Source: Lingula anatina (lineage: Eukaryota; Animalia; Brachiopoda). From it: a stretch of DNA of 64,000 nt. Position 1 is the first letter of the stretch. Every line of letters starts with the position of its first letter. Under the pieces are notes generated by a model, which was not told the origin of the DNA, searched no databases, and saw only the letters and a program-made list of their open reading frames with translations. The position numbers and the translations under genes are program-made. Below, one piece after another: positions 38,288-52,029 of this stretch. The stretch spans positions 67,310,788 through 67,374,787 of the forward strand of contig CM120640.1 in assembly GCA_051362555.1 (NCBI GenBank), in the 5' to 3' direction.

Positions 38288-38827
38288 CTTGGAAGTGTAT
38301 CTTTGGTGGCTTGGTCTACTGTTATGTTTTACTGTTTGTCTTTTGGAGTAGAATCTGTACAGTGTATAAAAGCCTGCAAATAACAATTAATACCAAATAA
38401 TTAAAAAGATATGCCATTATGATAAACACATTTTGCACTATGCTCTCTTTTAAATCACAGTCAAAATAGTTATAACATAGGCAAGCACCTGTGACTTCTC
38501 TTCAATCTACCATAAAGCGACATACAATATATTTCTAAAATACACGTGTTTTAACAGTGCACTCGTAGTACCAATTAATATTACTAGTAATACCCGGTAT
38601 AGCCAGTATTAGAGATGTTTACTTCAACATTTGATCTTTGTTAAGGTCATACAACACCAACATAAAATCTACTGTCGAGCAGATCTATGTAAACGTTAAT
38701 CACGGCAACATTAATCAAAGTTGATTTTAATCAAATTCTCCAGCGCACTTTTTAAAATACGCTTATAGAACAAACTACAAATGTTAATAACTTATTATGA
38801 CAATCAAATTGCACCATATATTCTTAC

Positions 38828-39069
38828 CTAACGAATGTGTATAAAATGTGCTGTCGATTTTCTTTTCTGCCTATTGGTGCATTGTTATATTATAGTGTTG
38901 AGTGTTATTTCTCTTCCCCCAACAACATCATGTTTATTGTTGCCAAGGCCGAGTCAATACGTTCCACTCTACTCAGCGAAAGTGACGCCACCTATCGTAC
39001 TTCTCAAGCCCTCCATCTTTCGTCCCAAATAACTTGCAATTTTAGATACTTTGAGGCGTCCCACTCACC
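38828..39069. promoter_or_regulatory. Bidirectional promoter region between the vWA gene and NDUFB2, with forkhead and X-box-like sites
   Basis: Minus-strand UTR-exon donor (AG|GTAAG) at 38827; NDUFB2 ATG at 39070; TGTTTAT next to GTTGCCAAGGC at 38931-38949; CpG enrichment. Confidence 0.5.
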
Positions 39070-41083
39070 ATGTCGTCTCGTCTATTGCAAGCAGTAAAAG
39101 TAAGTAAGCTGTATTTTGCTGCAAGAAACACATAAAGCATTTCTGAATCTGTAAACTCGTAAATATGATTGCAAATGCCTTTGCTTGCACAATGTCAATC
39201 GCCCATGCCATGGCCGAGTAAAAATCTTAATTTGAAAATAATTTATACATATATATATTAATATAACGGCTTGTAAGGGTTATGTTTTGCTTAACCGGCG
39301 AAAGAAGTTATAATATTAGATTTTTATTGTCACATAATCTAAGACGTAAATGTCTGTAAACCGTCATATGTTGTCAATAAATTGGCACTTTTGCATCCAC
39401 CTTCCCACCCTATAACTCTTTAATTTTCAGTATATTTTAAATATTAAGTGATGTTTTGACTTTGAGCAGTGTGTCCGCTCTTCAAATTTATTAGTTAGCG
39501 GCGCAGTGTATGACTTAGGGAGGTGACGGGTAACGTTTCACAGCTCTCACATTTTGGTGGATGTGCTTGCTGGATGCACCTTCATCTTTCATGTGTAAAG
39601 CACATACCACAGATGGTAAATAGGAGTCCTAACTCATGAATTTCTGTGCCATCTCACGTGTTGCCATAATCATGAATCCAGAATTTTGTTTGAAGCTGTC
39701 AGTTTTTTCCACCCACCTTCACATGTCCACACTGTCATGGATCCAAGAATTTTTACACCTTGTAGTCATAGATTTGTGAAGGTAGTTTTACTGGTAATTT
39801 TTACAAAAGTCAAATTTTATTTGGTACTTTCAATTTCTAAATTTTCAGGTATGCAGGCCCTGTTTGACTAGGCACCTCTTGCAACAGACACAAAGAAGAC
39901 ATATGTCTGGTCTAGAGAAAGTGACTCGTATTATAAAGAGATCCCTAGGAAACGAATCAGTGTATGTATCTTTATTTGACACTTTGTCATCAATTTTCTT
40001 GAGTGTGACTTGTGAAGCTTTTTTTGCTAATGGCATGAATTGGATTTTTTTTTTTTGTGGTAGTCTGAAACCATTGCATTAAGGCAAGAAGAACATTTAA
40101 TTTAGAACCATCAAAATTTTCCAGTTTCAATATAGAACTATAAGTAGAAGGATCTTTTGTCATCTGTTGAAATTGTGAATTTATCACCATCTGTGGTAAG
40201 GTGGAGCATTTTTTTTTTGGTACCAAAAGTGATCTATTAGTCCAGATATTTATCATAAGACTAAGGTTCATTTCAAATGAACTCTGTGGGGACTCCTGCT
40301 GAAGGCAATTAAATTAACAGAACCTGGTGTTGAGTACAGGAAAGTTAGTGATTACTCACAATTGCAAACAAGAGGAGGCATGTTAATCTGATTGCATTCA
40401 ACAAGAGTCCTCACAGATTTGGATCGATCTACGCAGAAAGTTAGTCTCCTTCACTTGGGAATGAGCCTTAAGATTACAGATCCTTGATACTATAATATAA
40501 TATCCATTATAAGCAGGTGGAGCAGGTTGGATTGGATGGAACTTGAAACATGCCAATTTGAATAACACTAAATCTTTGGTCTGAAATTGAATGAGTATCT
40601 GTTTGCCAAATTGAATCTTCTTCTTGTGAAATTTTTTGTTTTGATTAATTTTTTTGCTGTTTTTTTATTTTAGATATTACAGAGATGGTGACTGCTATGA
40701 TAAGGAGTATGTAGAGATACCATACAATGTAAAATTTGGCGTCTTGACGTTTTTATCATGCTTATTCTTTTACTTCTACTACCATCCTATGATAGAAAAA
40801 GTTGACAGGGTAAGTATTCATAAGTGTAAAAAATCTTTACATAATTTAGACCATATTGACATATGGAGTCTTTCCGTTTACCTGGATTAATTCATTGGTT
40901 GTATAAGGGAGGTTAAATCATCAACTTGAATTACATGAAACTTATCACTTATGATACCATTAATCAACACATAAATGTAATGAATCTTTTTTTTCCTTTT
41001 TCTTATTTTAGCCACATTATCATGGTCCTAATTTGCATGAATTTACCGATGAGGAACTTGGAATCCCACCAGATGATGAGTGA
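39070..41083 (+). CDS. NDUFB2: NADH:ubiquinone oxidoreductase subunit B2 (AGGG), divergent, 116 aa
   Basis: In-phase exons 39070-39099, 39849-39961, 40674-40809 and 41012-41083. Basic mitochondrial presequence MSSRLLQAVKVCRPCLTRHLLQQTQRRHMSG, one hydrophobic helix, signature C-terminus FTDEELGIPPDDE*, and AATAAA just downstream. Confidence 0.88.
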
Positions 41084-41931
41084 ATGAATAAAATGTAATA
41101 AAATATGACAGCAGAACATTCACTGTAAAAATTTGACCTTTTATGGTTATCGCACTGAGTGTTCAATAATATGGATTACTTGCGAGAAAAAAAGTTGTTT
41201 GATGATTCATGCAAAATAAATATTTATTCAGTTTTTAGAAAGTGTTTTTTTTTTCTTACAGAAATAGTTAAATGAATAATTGTATAAATGTACAATAAAA
41301 AAAAAACAAAAACATAGTAAAGCATTTTGTAAAGTTAAAGTTTTGATTAAAGCCATTATATAAGCAAGCTGGATGCCCAGATAAAATTGTTTCTGTTAGT
41401 TGTGTTTAAGTATTTCCAAGACGTGCCATTGATTCCATTCATTGAAGAGAACCTCTTTACGTATTTTAAAATTTGTACAATCAAAGCTTTCCTCCTCTCA
41501 CGGCAATAGGTAAACTAGTTGATTAAAAATTTCAGTAATATATAATATTAAATGACAATGACTAATCAATTTCACATTTGGCAGATGCCTTTTTGGGTGT
41601 ATTTCAGTCTTTATTTTTTTTATTCCACACCTTGACTAGCTGGTGTTATGCTTTTCAGAAACAGAGCACTGGTCTTTTCATGACACTTAAAAATTTCATC
41701 AATTATTTGGCTCAAATTATGGGATACCATGAGTCTATGGGGTGGTGCCTGATGATGACTGGAAGCTGAATGTCATTTGTCAAATTAACTGGTTTTGCAA
41801 ACATCAAGCACTGATGCATTTGAGTACTTGGTTTGTGTTCTAAGATGGGTGCAGTGGCCCAGAAGTCTTGGCTTGCTGAGAACTCATTTTTCATGGAAGG
41901 AAAATGTCTCCCAAAAGGGAAGTTATGGAAG

Positions 41932-42180
41932 TTAACGCACATACATTGGACTATACTTTTTGTGACATGAAGTGTTTTTTCTAGCAATTGTTATGTTGCC
42001 TTTTTGCTGGTCCTCCACAAAAGTCATAATTTCCATAATTGTCTCAATATCGTGACGTCTGCCCTGGACCTCCATAGTTTGGGCATGTGGGCATGCCTTC
42101 ATATGGGCCTTCAGACCTGCAGCAAAGGAAAAACTCTTATGGCACCTTGGCTCTCCTGGACACTTCCACTTGATGGGCAT
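41932..42180 (-). CDS. Candidate orphan 82-aa protein with a single N-terminal C2HC zinc finger
   Basis: MPIKWKCPGEPRCHKSFSFAAGLKAHMKAC = C-x5-C-x12-H-x3-C with the F/L core of a classical finger; AAAATG start context; acceptor CCCATCAG before 42248; upstream TATA box and two GTAAGT donors on the same strand. Confidence 0.5.
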   Translation of the reverse strand: MPIKWKCPGEPRCHKSFSFAAGLKAHMKACPHAQTMEVQGRRHDIETIMEIMTFVEDQQKGNITIARKNTSCHKKYSPMYVR

Positions 42181-42662
42181 TTTCTTCAAAATGTTCCCTT
42201 TTCACAATGATTTACAGATCTAATTCCCAGATGTTGTCAATGTGCAACCTGATGGGAGTAAAAGGCTCCCCAGTGGAATTTTTAACAAGTTTTTAAATGT
42301 CACCAGTCTGGGGTGAACTTGTGGATGTAGCTGGTGCATAGGCAATGTCCCAGTGCTTGGTGTATTCTCTTGGACTGTAGTCTGCTTATGGTTTCTTGTG
42401 TGCAAACAAAAGAGCAGCAAATGGGTGGTCTACACTATAGATTCCAGTGCACTCCCACTCTGGAAAAAGAAATTGGCCAAATGAGACGTGCATGCTGTGA
42501 CCCAATCCTTAAATTACATCACTCATTGAATAATTCATTAAATACTTGAGAACGCAACTATTTGATTATATGCTATTGCTTAACTTTCCTTTGGTGAAGT
42601 TAGTTAAAGAAATCAATATTGATTTATTGAATTGAAAGAGTGTTATCTTGGTTAGTCATTTT

Positions 42663-42830
42663 CAGGGGCGGATCCAGAGATATTTTCTGACAGTCTTCCA
42701 AATTATATTTGCTAATCCATCCTCAATTTTTGACTGTCTTCCGACAGAAAAAACTAGATACCCGTCAATGTAAACTTGAAAATCTGACCGTCTTCCGGAA
42801 GGCTCAGAAGTCGGTCTCAATCCGCCCCTG
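42663..42830. mobile_element. Short MITE related in termini to the 2531 element
   Basis: TIRs CAGGGGCGGAT / ATCCGCCCCTG; TSD not clearly preserved. Confidence 0.6.
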
Positions 42831-43334
42831 ATTTTTGATGGTTGCAGTGTGCAAAGTGACTTGGTTTTACCTTCATGTGCTTTGTCTATTACAATATTAA
42901 AAACCCAACAATATCCCTCTTATTATTCTTTATGATGAATAGTTGAAAATGGCTAAATTAGCCCAGCTACAATTTAGGCTGCATCTTTAAATGATTAAAG
43001 GCATCAGATATGGAAAGATTTTTGAGAATCTTGAGATCCATTATACAATGATCCATATCAGAACTGCTGTTCATCACACATTGACTTAGTTGCATTTCTT
43101 CATTTAAAAAAACTCGGGACAGTCGCTTCTCAAAAGCTCTGGAGTGAGAAAAATGTGTATGTCTAAAGATTTCTGTGTTATAAAGGAAGTTATACGTAAC
43201 AGAAATTTAAAATGAGATTTTCCCTGTCACTTTTCAGTCCCCTGTGTCAGGTGACCTCTAGTACTACTGAATGAAGTGTTTTAAACATTTTTTTCAAAAT
43301 TTAGATTATTTTTAAGGTAATCTGTCCAACTTAC

Positions 43335-43524
43335 CTTTCCTAAGTGTAGTTTATGTCCTTGTGACAATTTACCCAAATTGCTTTAAACATTTAAATGCAG
43401 TAATTAATTTTTTTAGTCTTTTTAGAGTCACGCTACCGAGATATTTACAAAACTTACCATAAGGTTCTGCTGTATTTGTCTCTATGCTGTTGTTGTGAAC
43501 ATAGCAGAAGCCTGGCTATTTATA
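43335..43524 (-). promoter_or_regulatory. TATA promoter and two short non-coding exons
   Basis: Minus-strand TATAAATA at 43524-43517, Inr-like TCACAAC ~27 nt downstream, donors TG|GTAAGT (after 43458) and AG|GTAAGT (after 43335), acceptor before 43380. Confidence 0.55.
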
Positions 43525-45055
43525 GACCATTCACAAAAGTTAATCTAACCCCAAATTACTCACATTAGGTACACCTTGTTTGTTCTTCTTTCAACAGTTA
43601 TTGCTGCCAAGTAATCCCTATCAAAATGCCTTTCTTTCTGAACAACTGGCAGCACAGGAAAGTCGTTGCTAATGGCCTATGATAGCAAGGTGGATAAATT
43701 GATTTTTGTTTCTTTGTAGACTTAGGATTCTATAACTACACGGAAAAGTACATGCCTTGCTCTCTTATTGATCTTGAAGTGTGTCCCTTTTTGTCTGTCA
43801 AACCATGGCACAGGTGTAAATAAAGAATGTTTATAAAGCAAACACAAGGCTGGCATTTGAATTTGTCTGGGTGTCACGGGGCTATGTCAGCACTGAAAGT
43901 TTTCTATTTGTAAATGCCAGACACATTGCTATGCTATTTTCATATGAAAATTAGGTTAATGCCAGTTGATTTCTGTATTTGACAAAACTTGGGTGTTGTT
44001 GATTCCAAACTACATAAATTTAAGAATTAAAATTTGAATACAACAAATAGTTGTTTCTGCAATTAAAATACCCCCTCCCATTAGAAGTACAATATTTTAA
44101 TGAGTGTTTGTGAATGAGGCTGTTTTTTAGTTAAACTTCCCTATTTTTTTTTTAGGTAATCAATAATCTGAAAAACAACTTCAATTTTCCAATCAACCTT
44201 TGGCATTTACAAGTGAAAATGAAAGGAATGTGTGTAAATAACAATTGTTTAAGCCCAGAGAAAAAACTTTTTTTTACACACATTCAGTTTTTAAAGTCAT
44301 TTTTATATACGTACACTGAAGTTATCTGTATTTATGCCTCTGTAATTTTCTCCCGTTTTTCATTACATCAGATTTTTTGCAAGCATAAAATTTTTATTTT
44401 GATGCCTATAGCAAAAAGTACTTATCAAAATTTTTCTTATAAAAAGAACCTTATTTACTGAAAAAGTTTCCAAATCATTTAACTTTCACGCATTTTATTT
44501 GAATTCAGCAGTTGAAATTGTATGTAAATTGCACTACAGCCACCAAAAAGGTTTCCTTGTTTTGTAACAGATTCATTGAATAAAATTAGACCAAAATCTT
44601 GTATTATGACTCAGGGGTGTAAGCTTCTTTCTTTGAGAGTAACCACAAATATCCATAAAAGAGAATCAAATCAATCCAATCAGGGAAGAATAAAAACAGA
44701 TCAGCAAACTGCAGGCTTACCTCATAAATATCTATCATAGTTTTACTTCAAAAGACCAACATGGAAATATGTATAAAATAAGATAAAAAGCAGTGTATAA
44801 TATTCATATTTTTACCCCAGGAGTGCTGCAGTACCAGCTGCTGCACTCTGGGCTGTATAGCTGTATGATACAAAAACTTCTTACAACTCTAAACAGCCAA
44901 TGAAATATATTGTGATGTTCTTTTCTATTTGTATGCCTCATTCATTCAGTGCTTAAGAGCTGTCTAGTACACTGTAATGGGTTTGAGAAAAACAAAGTCA
45001 ATATAATCTTCTACTTAAATTGCACAGGAAGCTATCTGTGACTTGGATACAATCA

Positions 45056-47389
45056 TTATCTGTTCTCTTTCTTTGCAGACTTCTGCTGTGGCTTTTGTCC
45101 TGTGCATATAGGTTTATGTCTGGTTAGATGGTGTTTTTGTGCAAATTGCCGTCCACAAAGATCACACTGAAAATCTTTAATTCCTGTATGAACCAACATA
45201 TGTTTTTTGAGATTCTGCAGTTTAAAGAACTGTTTGTTGCATGTCAAGCAATTGAACACTCTTTCTTTGGTATGGACATATTCATGAGTCTTGAGATCGG
45301 AAGACCTGGCAAACATTTTGCTGCAGTAGGAGCACTTCAGCTTCCTCTCCCCTGTGTGGGTGATCAAGTGGGACGTAAGGTGAGCCTTCTGACGGAATGT
45401 GCGATCGCAATGAGGACAGCTGAATTTCTTTTCACCTGCAACAAGTTAATGATGGTAGATATAACTGGGCTAGTGCTCCTCATGTCAAAATGCACTTAGA
45501 TCCTTCAATTTTACATGTGGGAGTCGCCAAAACACATACACAGATCCATTCTGAGCATCATTTGGACCAAATAAGGCATTTAGCATGTACAAATTTATCC
45601 ACACATACCCTGTACTATATCTACTTTACACTTATCTAACAGCACAAATAAGCATTAAATGTCCAAAACTAACAAAATAGTCTGTAAAGTGAACACACTC
45701 ACCTGTGTGAATGGACCTGTGCATCCGGAGATTACTGGCATCAGCAAACTGTTTATGGCACACCCTGCACTGGTGGGGCTTCAGTCCCATGTGGATCAAC
45801 ATGTGGGTGTCCAACTTAAACCTGTTGGGAAACCCTAGGAAAAAGTTTTCGACAATACAACATGAAGATCAGCATGAACTATATGTAAAATATAAAATAG
45901 ACAGAATTTGTATGCACTATTCAGGATTCATTGAAATCAAGTGGAAATTATTGCACAATGTATTATAGTTGCATTGATGATGAAAGAGAGCTGTATCTGG
46001 ATCTGTTTTGTACAAAGACCAATTATTGGTTTGACAGAAGGTTATTTATAACCAAAATACTCCTCTACCTTTTGAACACACTTGGCATTTATGTTTCTTG
46101 GAGAAAGAGTCAGCATGAATGTATTTGATGTGTTGAGCAAGAGCCTTACTGTCCACCAGCTGTTTATTGCAAATATCACAGAGAAAAGCACCTTCTGGGG
46201 AAAGAGTAACACCTAGAGAAGAAAAGGAATTTGATCATGCATTCAAATCAATGTTGAAAATATCTAAAGAAACAAACCAACTGAATCGACCAAAGAGGCA
46301 CATGACAGTGTTTTCTAGGTTAATGCAATTTCTCACACATAAGGCTCTAAAACAAAAGTTCCACCTTATACTAATTGCTTCGATTTTTTTCATAACTTCA
46401 ACCAAGTCTTTAAAAAAAAAAAAAAACATTCACAATTAGGAGGGAAAAGTCATCAATTTACGGCCAATATTACTTTATCATTTTTCCTTGAAATTACCTA
46501 ATTCTTTACAATATTCCCTGGAATACCAAAACGCAAGTTCCGAGCCAGGCTGGATATCTTTGCATGTAACAAAGAAAATGCTCTCTCCCTCCTGGTAAGC
46601 TGTGAGGTTCTGATCACTATTTGTCTTGGCTCTCTTCAAGAACATTGTCCAGTTACTGACATCTTCATCAGTACACATCAATATATTGCACTCCTCAGCA
46701 CAATGGATCTGGAAGAGAATATCGTGATAGAGTAAAATGTTACAGTCTATACTATGCCAGTGAACAGCACTACCCTTCAAGCAAATGTTTACATGATGAC
46801 ACCCTTCAGGCAAAGAGACACAGGTTGTGAAAGTGTTCTGAATTTTCAATGAAACTGTAAGATCTGCATAAACAATGGAGCTATTTAGAGTAAATTTCAT
46901 ACAATGTGAAAAACATTGTGATCATAAAATCTTTCCTCTACAATACTACTGGCAATACTCAGCTTCAAAATTATATACTACTTATTTTGTTCAAAAACTC
47001 ACCTTCCAAAAAAATGGAGGGCTCAAATCTGCATCTTCTGAGAAATTTGAAAGAGGTGCCAAGTTTCCTACTACAGGTCCGAACTTTGTTTTCTTGGGGA
47101 TCAATTCTGAAGACCACACACCTGTGTAAAAAGTGTTTTTAAATTATCTTTATGGTAAAAGTATTTTGTAAGATATAACATATACATTGCATAAAGCATG
47201 AACAAAAAACAAAAAATAATGACAAATTTCTCAAATGAATTCAACAAAAGTTACTCATTGTAGGGCTATACACCTATGCTTTAAATTAAGCAAATAGCAC
47301 TATAAAAATACATTAGTTAAAAAAATAGTTGTAAGTTATTCCTTTAATTGCTTTCAAGAACATTATCCAGTTACTGTTATATATACATG

Positions 47390-47440
<51 letters not shown>

Positions 47441-50400
47441 TTTAGCAACCCCTCAGTATATATCCCTTACATGGTTAGAAAATAACTAACTGTATCTTAG
47501 GATTATACTTTATGGGACAGGTGTTTGTATGTATGTGTGTGTTCTACATCAGTCAATATAGTCTCACATCTTCTAGGATCCTTGCCAAGAAACCCCAAAT
47601 AAAAAAGGCACAAACAAAGTATTCTTGCAAGTTCGAAATATTTCTATTCCCTACCACTTCTGAAAATAAATCAGTCACTTTAGGGTTAAAATAAAGAAGG
47701 ATTCCCAGCATATGAGCAAATGTTTAAAGTCGACGGCATGACATTACAGAAGACTTACCTAAATCAAAGTGTATTCTACTATTTTGATCAAACTGTATCC
47801 TACTGCTTTGTAAAGATAGCTGGGCTGGCAAGGAGGCTCTGGCTCTGGATAAAACGGGTGTATCAAGCACATGAATGTATTCCCCACCATGCTTAGAGCA
47901 AGAAGACTCATAGGTACAGTTACATTCAACACAATCTGAAAAATAAATCATAAAATTAGTATGTTTATGCTCAGTATTTAGGCAAGGAATAAAACGTACT
48001 TTCAGATTTTAATTCTACCATTCGTTCTAAATGAGTACATATTCTAAATATTCAATATTTATCCTTTTGTAAATGATGTTACAGTTAAATATTAGGTCAC
48101 ATTAGACTATTTTTATGGTCCAATCAAATGCACTGCAAATGTATAAAATATATACACATTATATTCCTGTGACCAAGACTGACTGAAAACAGTGTAATAC
48201 TAACAAAATGTTTGCAGAGATTGTACAGTCTGTTCATTGCTATCCTCCTCTATGAGACCATGTTTTCTTCCCTCAGTGGCATGGTGTGCAGAGTCTGCCA
48301 GGGAGGTGTCTTGGGACTGAATGATATATTCTAACACTGAAAATAAGAACAGAACAACATAACATCCCCTAGGTCTTTCCTCACACTAAAACACATAACA
48401 AATAAATCAGCCAACTTTAAATTCAGAATTGCAGAAAAAAAATCAATAACAAGCATTACTAAATCGGATGCATATAGCAATATCTGGATATTCCAATGAA
48501 GAAAAAAAAAAGGTTAAAACTGCCATACCTTGCATTGTAGGACTTAGTAGATGTGTATTCTGATTTTCTTTATCAGAAGCTTGTATAGCACCAGTGGCTA
48601 TGGTTAGAGCCATTGAGACTGGTAAATCACCATGGGAAAGCACATGAGCTCTTTTCTCTGTAGTCTCTCCTACTATGTGGTTTTCTTCATGTAACTGAAA
48701 TTTTGTTACGATAAACAACATGTATAAATTCTGTAGACATAAATGCTACTAGCACCTTGAGAGCAAAGACTACATTTGGGAACAAGATCAGTTGATATCA
48801 AAAACATTTTTGATCTTTGTTACATGGTGAAATAAGACAATATCACTGGGGCCGATATAAATACCTCATCGTGGTGGGATTCCTGGCTGTTTTCGTCCTG
48901 GCTGCCAATCAATGTCATGTGAACTATATCCAGAGAAGGTGTAATACTGGGCACTGGAGTCACGCAGGAGCTCAAAGAACCCATGCCTGAGGCTAAACTG
49001 ATACTTGGGGTGATGTTTTTTATCTCTGGGGTTGGGGTTCTAGACGAGTCAGACTCTTGGGAACTTGCAACCTGTCCAACAGTATCTGACACCTGAACAT
49101 GGTGTAAGTGGCTGTTTATATCAAAGTGCTGTATGGAAGAATGATGGACATCTGAGGCACTGGTCCCATTGCTGTCTGTGCCTGTGGTCTGAGGTAGGCA
49201 TAGTTCCTGGGCAGTTGTATTGTGCTGGACATCTGGGCATGGCGTGCTAGTGTCCACTGTTGAAACCTGGCTGTGGTGTAGGCCAGTGTGAGGAAAGTGA
49301 GCAAACTGGGGATTGAACTGATGCAGAGCACTTGGGACACTTGCAAGGTGAGTGCTGGACAAACTGCTGGGAACTGATGACACATGAATGTCCACAGTTG
49401 TCACCTGGCTTGAGGTCACCCCAGGTGAGGTGCATGATGTCATAGCAGGCATGCTGTGAGACACACGAGGCCCAGCTTGTGATAAGGAAGTTATAGGAGG
49501 CACTCCTATTCCATGGCCTAACAACCTGCTCAATAAAGCTGGAATGTGCTCGGGGGCATATCCAGATGGGCCAGTATTTATCCCCGTTGTGGAAGAGGAA
49601 CTCAGGCCAGGGGCAGCATTAAATACTGGGATCTGCCCTATAGATGTGATCAAGATGTCCTGAGCATGGCCGCCTCCTATGGACATGGGCAGGGACATGG
49701 GCAGTGACACTGGCATCCTTCCTGAGGTTTCTGATAAATGATGTGGAAGACTTGGAGCAGATGAACTTCCCTGGAGATGACTGGGTCCAGACTGCATGGA
49801 GGGGGCTCTGATGGGAATAGGGATTGCCAGAGGTCCTGTAATTCATGTAAAGAAAATAAGTAATAAATCACATGTAAAACAGGTCTTCTTGATTTCTTTC
49901 ATACCACTTGTACTTAACACAGTTATTATTTGATACACCATCTCTCTCCTATTTCCCCATTACAGTGGAAACCCTATTCTTTATCCAGTATAGATTTGAG
50001 CATATCTCACAAAACATAACATTACATAACATAACTCTTTGATCAAAAATGCTAGCATTTTACCTGGAAAAGGAAGTCTGTTATGATCCATATGAAATGG
50101 GCGGTTTTCGTGCTGAAGAGGAAACAGTCGATCTTGAACTGAAAAACATAAAGCAAATTTAAACATTTTATAACAAAAGACATTTGGAACAAAAACCTAC
50201 ACTAATTCTTATGAATTTTGTTAGCTTCAGCAAGAAAGATTTCACAACTAGCTCATATCAAAGACAGTTCTGCTTCTTATTTACAATATCTACATTTTCT
50301 TTTACGTTTAAAAATTTTTCAAGTTTTCACACAATCAAAGTGTCAAGCAGAAGACTATATCTAATATATCAACTTTAAACCACATGGTAGAAAACTAGAA

Positions 50401-51269
50401 CTGTCAAAATATTTTTTGTATTCACATAAATTTTTTAATTTCTTTGGTATGAATTACAAGGCACTATTTTACACAGAATAAGTGTTCTGTCTAAACTTCT
50501 TATCTATCAACCTAAAACTACATGTGAATGGTCAAAATATATTTAAATAATTTCCCTTGCTCCTTGGTATACCTTACCAGGAATGAGTGTCCTGTCTAGA
50601 AGTGACCTGTCCTGTATAAGTAGTGGCCTGTCTCCAAGAGGAAGAGACAGCAGGAAGGGTGCGGATGCCGGCAGAATATTGGGAAGTGATGACACTGTGG
50701 GAGTACCTGTGGAAAGATGTATATTAATGAATAAAAGTAAAAATAATTAATTTGAACACAACAGAAATAGCTGACAAGCTATGACACACTGAGATGATAT
50801 AGTCATCATGTACAGCATATCATCTATTGTTATATCATAAATGCAACAATAGAAATACGAAATAAAATTGGTATTAAGCTTATAAGACTTCTGTGTTCTT
50901 TTCTAATGAAGAACTTTATCCATCTTTCTTTTCTGCTTCTAAAGGTATCATTTACTCATATCATCATATGGTAAAATTTTGCAACATTGCTGACATTAAT
51001 CTATATAAACTCTGCTAGGCAGTAATAAAAACCTTGTGAAAGACAAACTTTCAAACATGAAATAAATACCAAGATTTTATAAAATACCCACCACTTGTTT
51101 GCAATAAGGATGACCCAGGAGGTGTACATGGGAGTGGGTCATGTCTTGTATGGGGTGGTCCTGATAACATAGGTGTTGGTGTCACATTCACTGTGTTCTG
51201 CACTGCAGAGGTTAACTGCTCTATGCTAATAGTGGACAGGGAGTCACTCATACTGCTTTTAGACTCCAT
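45056..51269 (-). CDS. PRDM4: PR/SET domain zinc-finger protein 4
   Basis: Twelve in-phase exons: 51269-51092, 50706-50578, 50138-50064, 49835-48865, 48694-48529, 48336-48205, 47935-47759, 47121-47003, 46708-46498, 46212-46069, 45834-45703, 45435-45056. Ser/Pro/His-rich N-terminus, zinc knuckle CVECNCTYESSCSKHG, PR domain (SRARASLP, FGP, NWTMF, QNLTAY, ELAFWYSREY), seven fingers with PRDM4-type helices (DASNLRMH, QKAHLTSH, HLTRH..C). Confidence 0.9.
47390..47437. repeat. (TA)n microsatellite
   Basis: Uninterrupted TA run in a PRDM4 intron. Confidence 0.9.
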
Positions 51270-52029
51270 TTTAAATTAACTGAAATTAAAACATGGTTCA
51301 TATTTAACTTTCTACAAATTTACACTTTCTAATCATTTCTATTTCCTCAAGTAAATCCCAACCTGTTCAAAATATTAGATCCTAAAACTTTTAATTGTTA
51401 ACATAACACATACTAATTTTCTGTCTTTGGCACTACTTATTTACTCATTATATATTCAATTTCAATATATTTAACTAAAGTAGTCTCCTGTTCAACTCTT
51501 TTTCTACATATACTATAAAGGGTGGGCTACATTTGTAACAAGGTTTCTTGTTAGTTTACAACAAATGGCACCATTGAAAACATGGATCAAGAAACTAGAT
51601 TCAGGTGTAATTTTGTATGCACAATAGGGAAATTATTCCCTTGGTTGTGAGCAACAGTAGATAAATTTTATGGAAAGGTCCCAATCCAATAAGGTTGTGC
51701 TCCCAATCAGCTACACTCTATTTTTCCCCCATGTCCAATAATTTCTAGCACTGCAAACTCTTAATAGGAGTGCTAAAGTGCCATTTTTTGATCTTCATAT
51801 TATTTTCTTAACATGTAACACGCGCTAAGTAAACAGCATTGCAATATACCGAATACGAGTGGCAGTTTCTGCTTATTTACATTTGCTGCACTGTTGACTT
51901 TCGCCTCGACTGAAAACATTGTATTCCGAAATGAAAGCAACCAGTCTATCGGTTCGTTTCATTTAACTTATGCAAAAAGTGCACTTTAAATATTAGCAGA
52001 GATAAAAATAATGAGGTGGAAGATAGTTG

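Noticed and set aside
35383-38351. Plus-strand ORFs of 60-154 aa over the vWA gene (and similar antisense ORFs over the ENaC, PRDM4 and mucin exons)
   Set aside because: Antisense or alternative-frame shadows of real coding exons, with no recognisable motifs or splice structure.
39500-40600. Minus-strand ORFs and fragments (e.g. VVCALHMK, CLLCVCCK) that first looked like a decayed transposase
   Set aside because: The region is explained by NDUFB2 exons and introns on the plus strand; no TIRs or coherent catalytic motifs.
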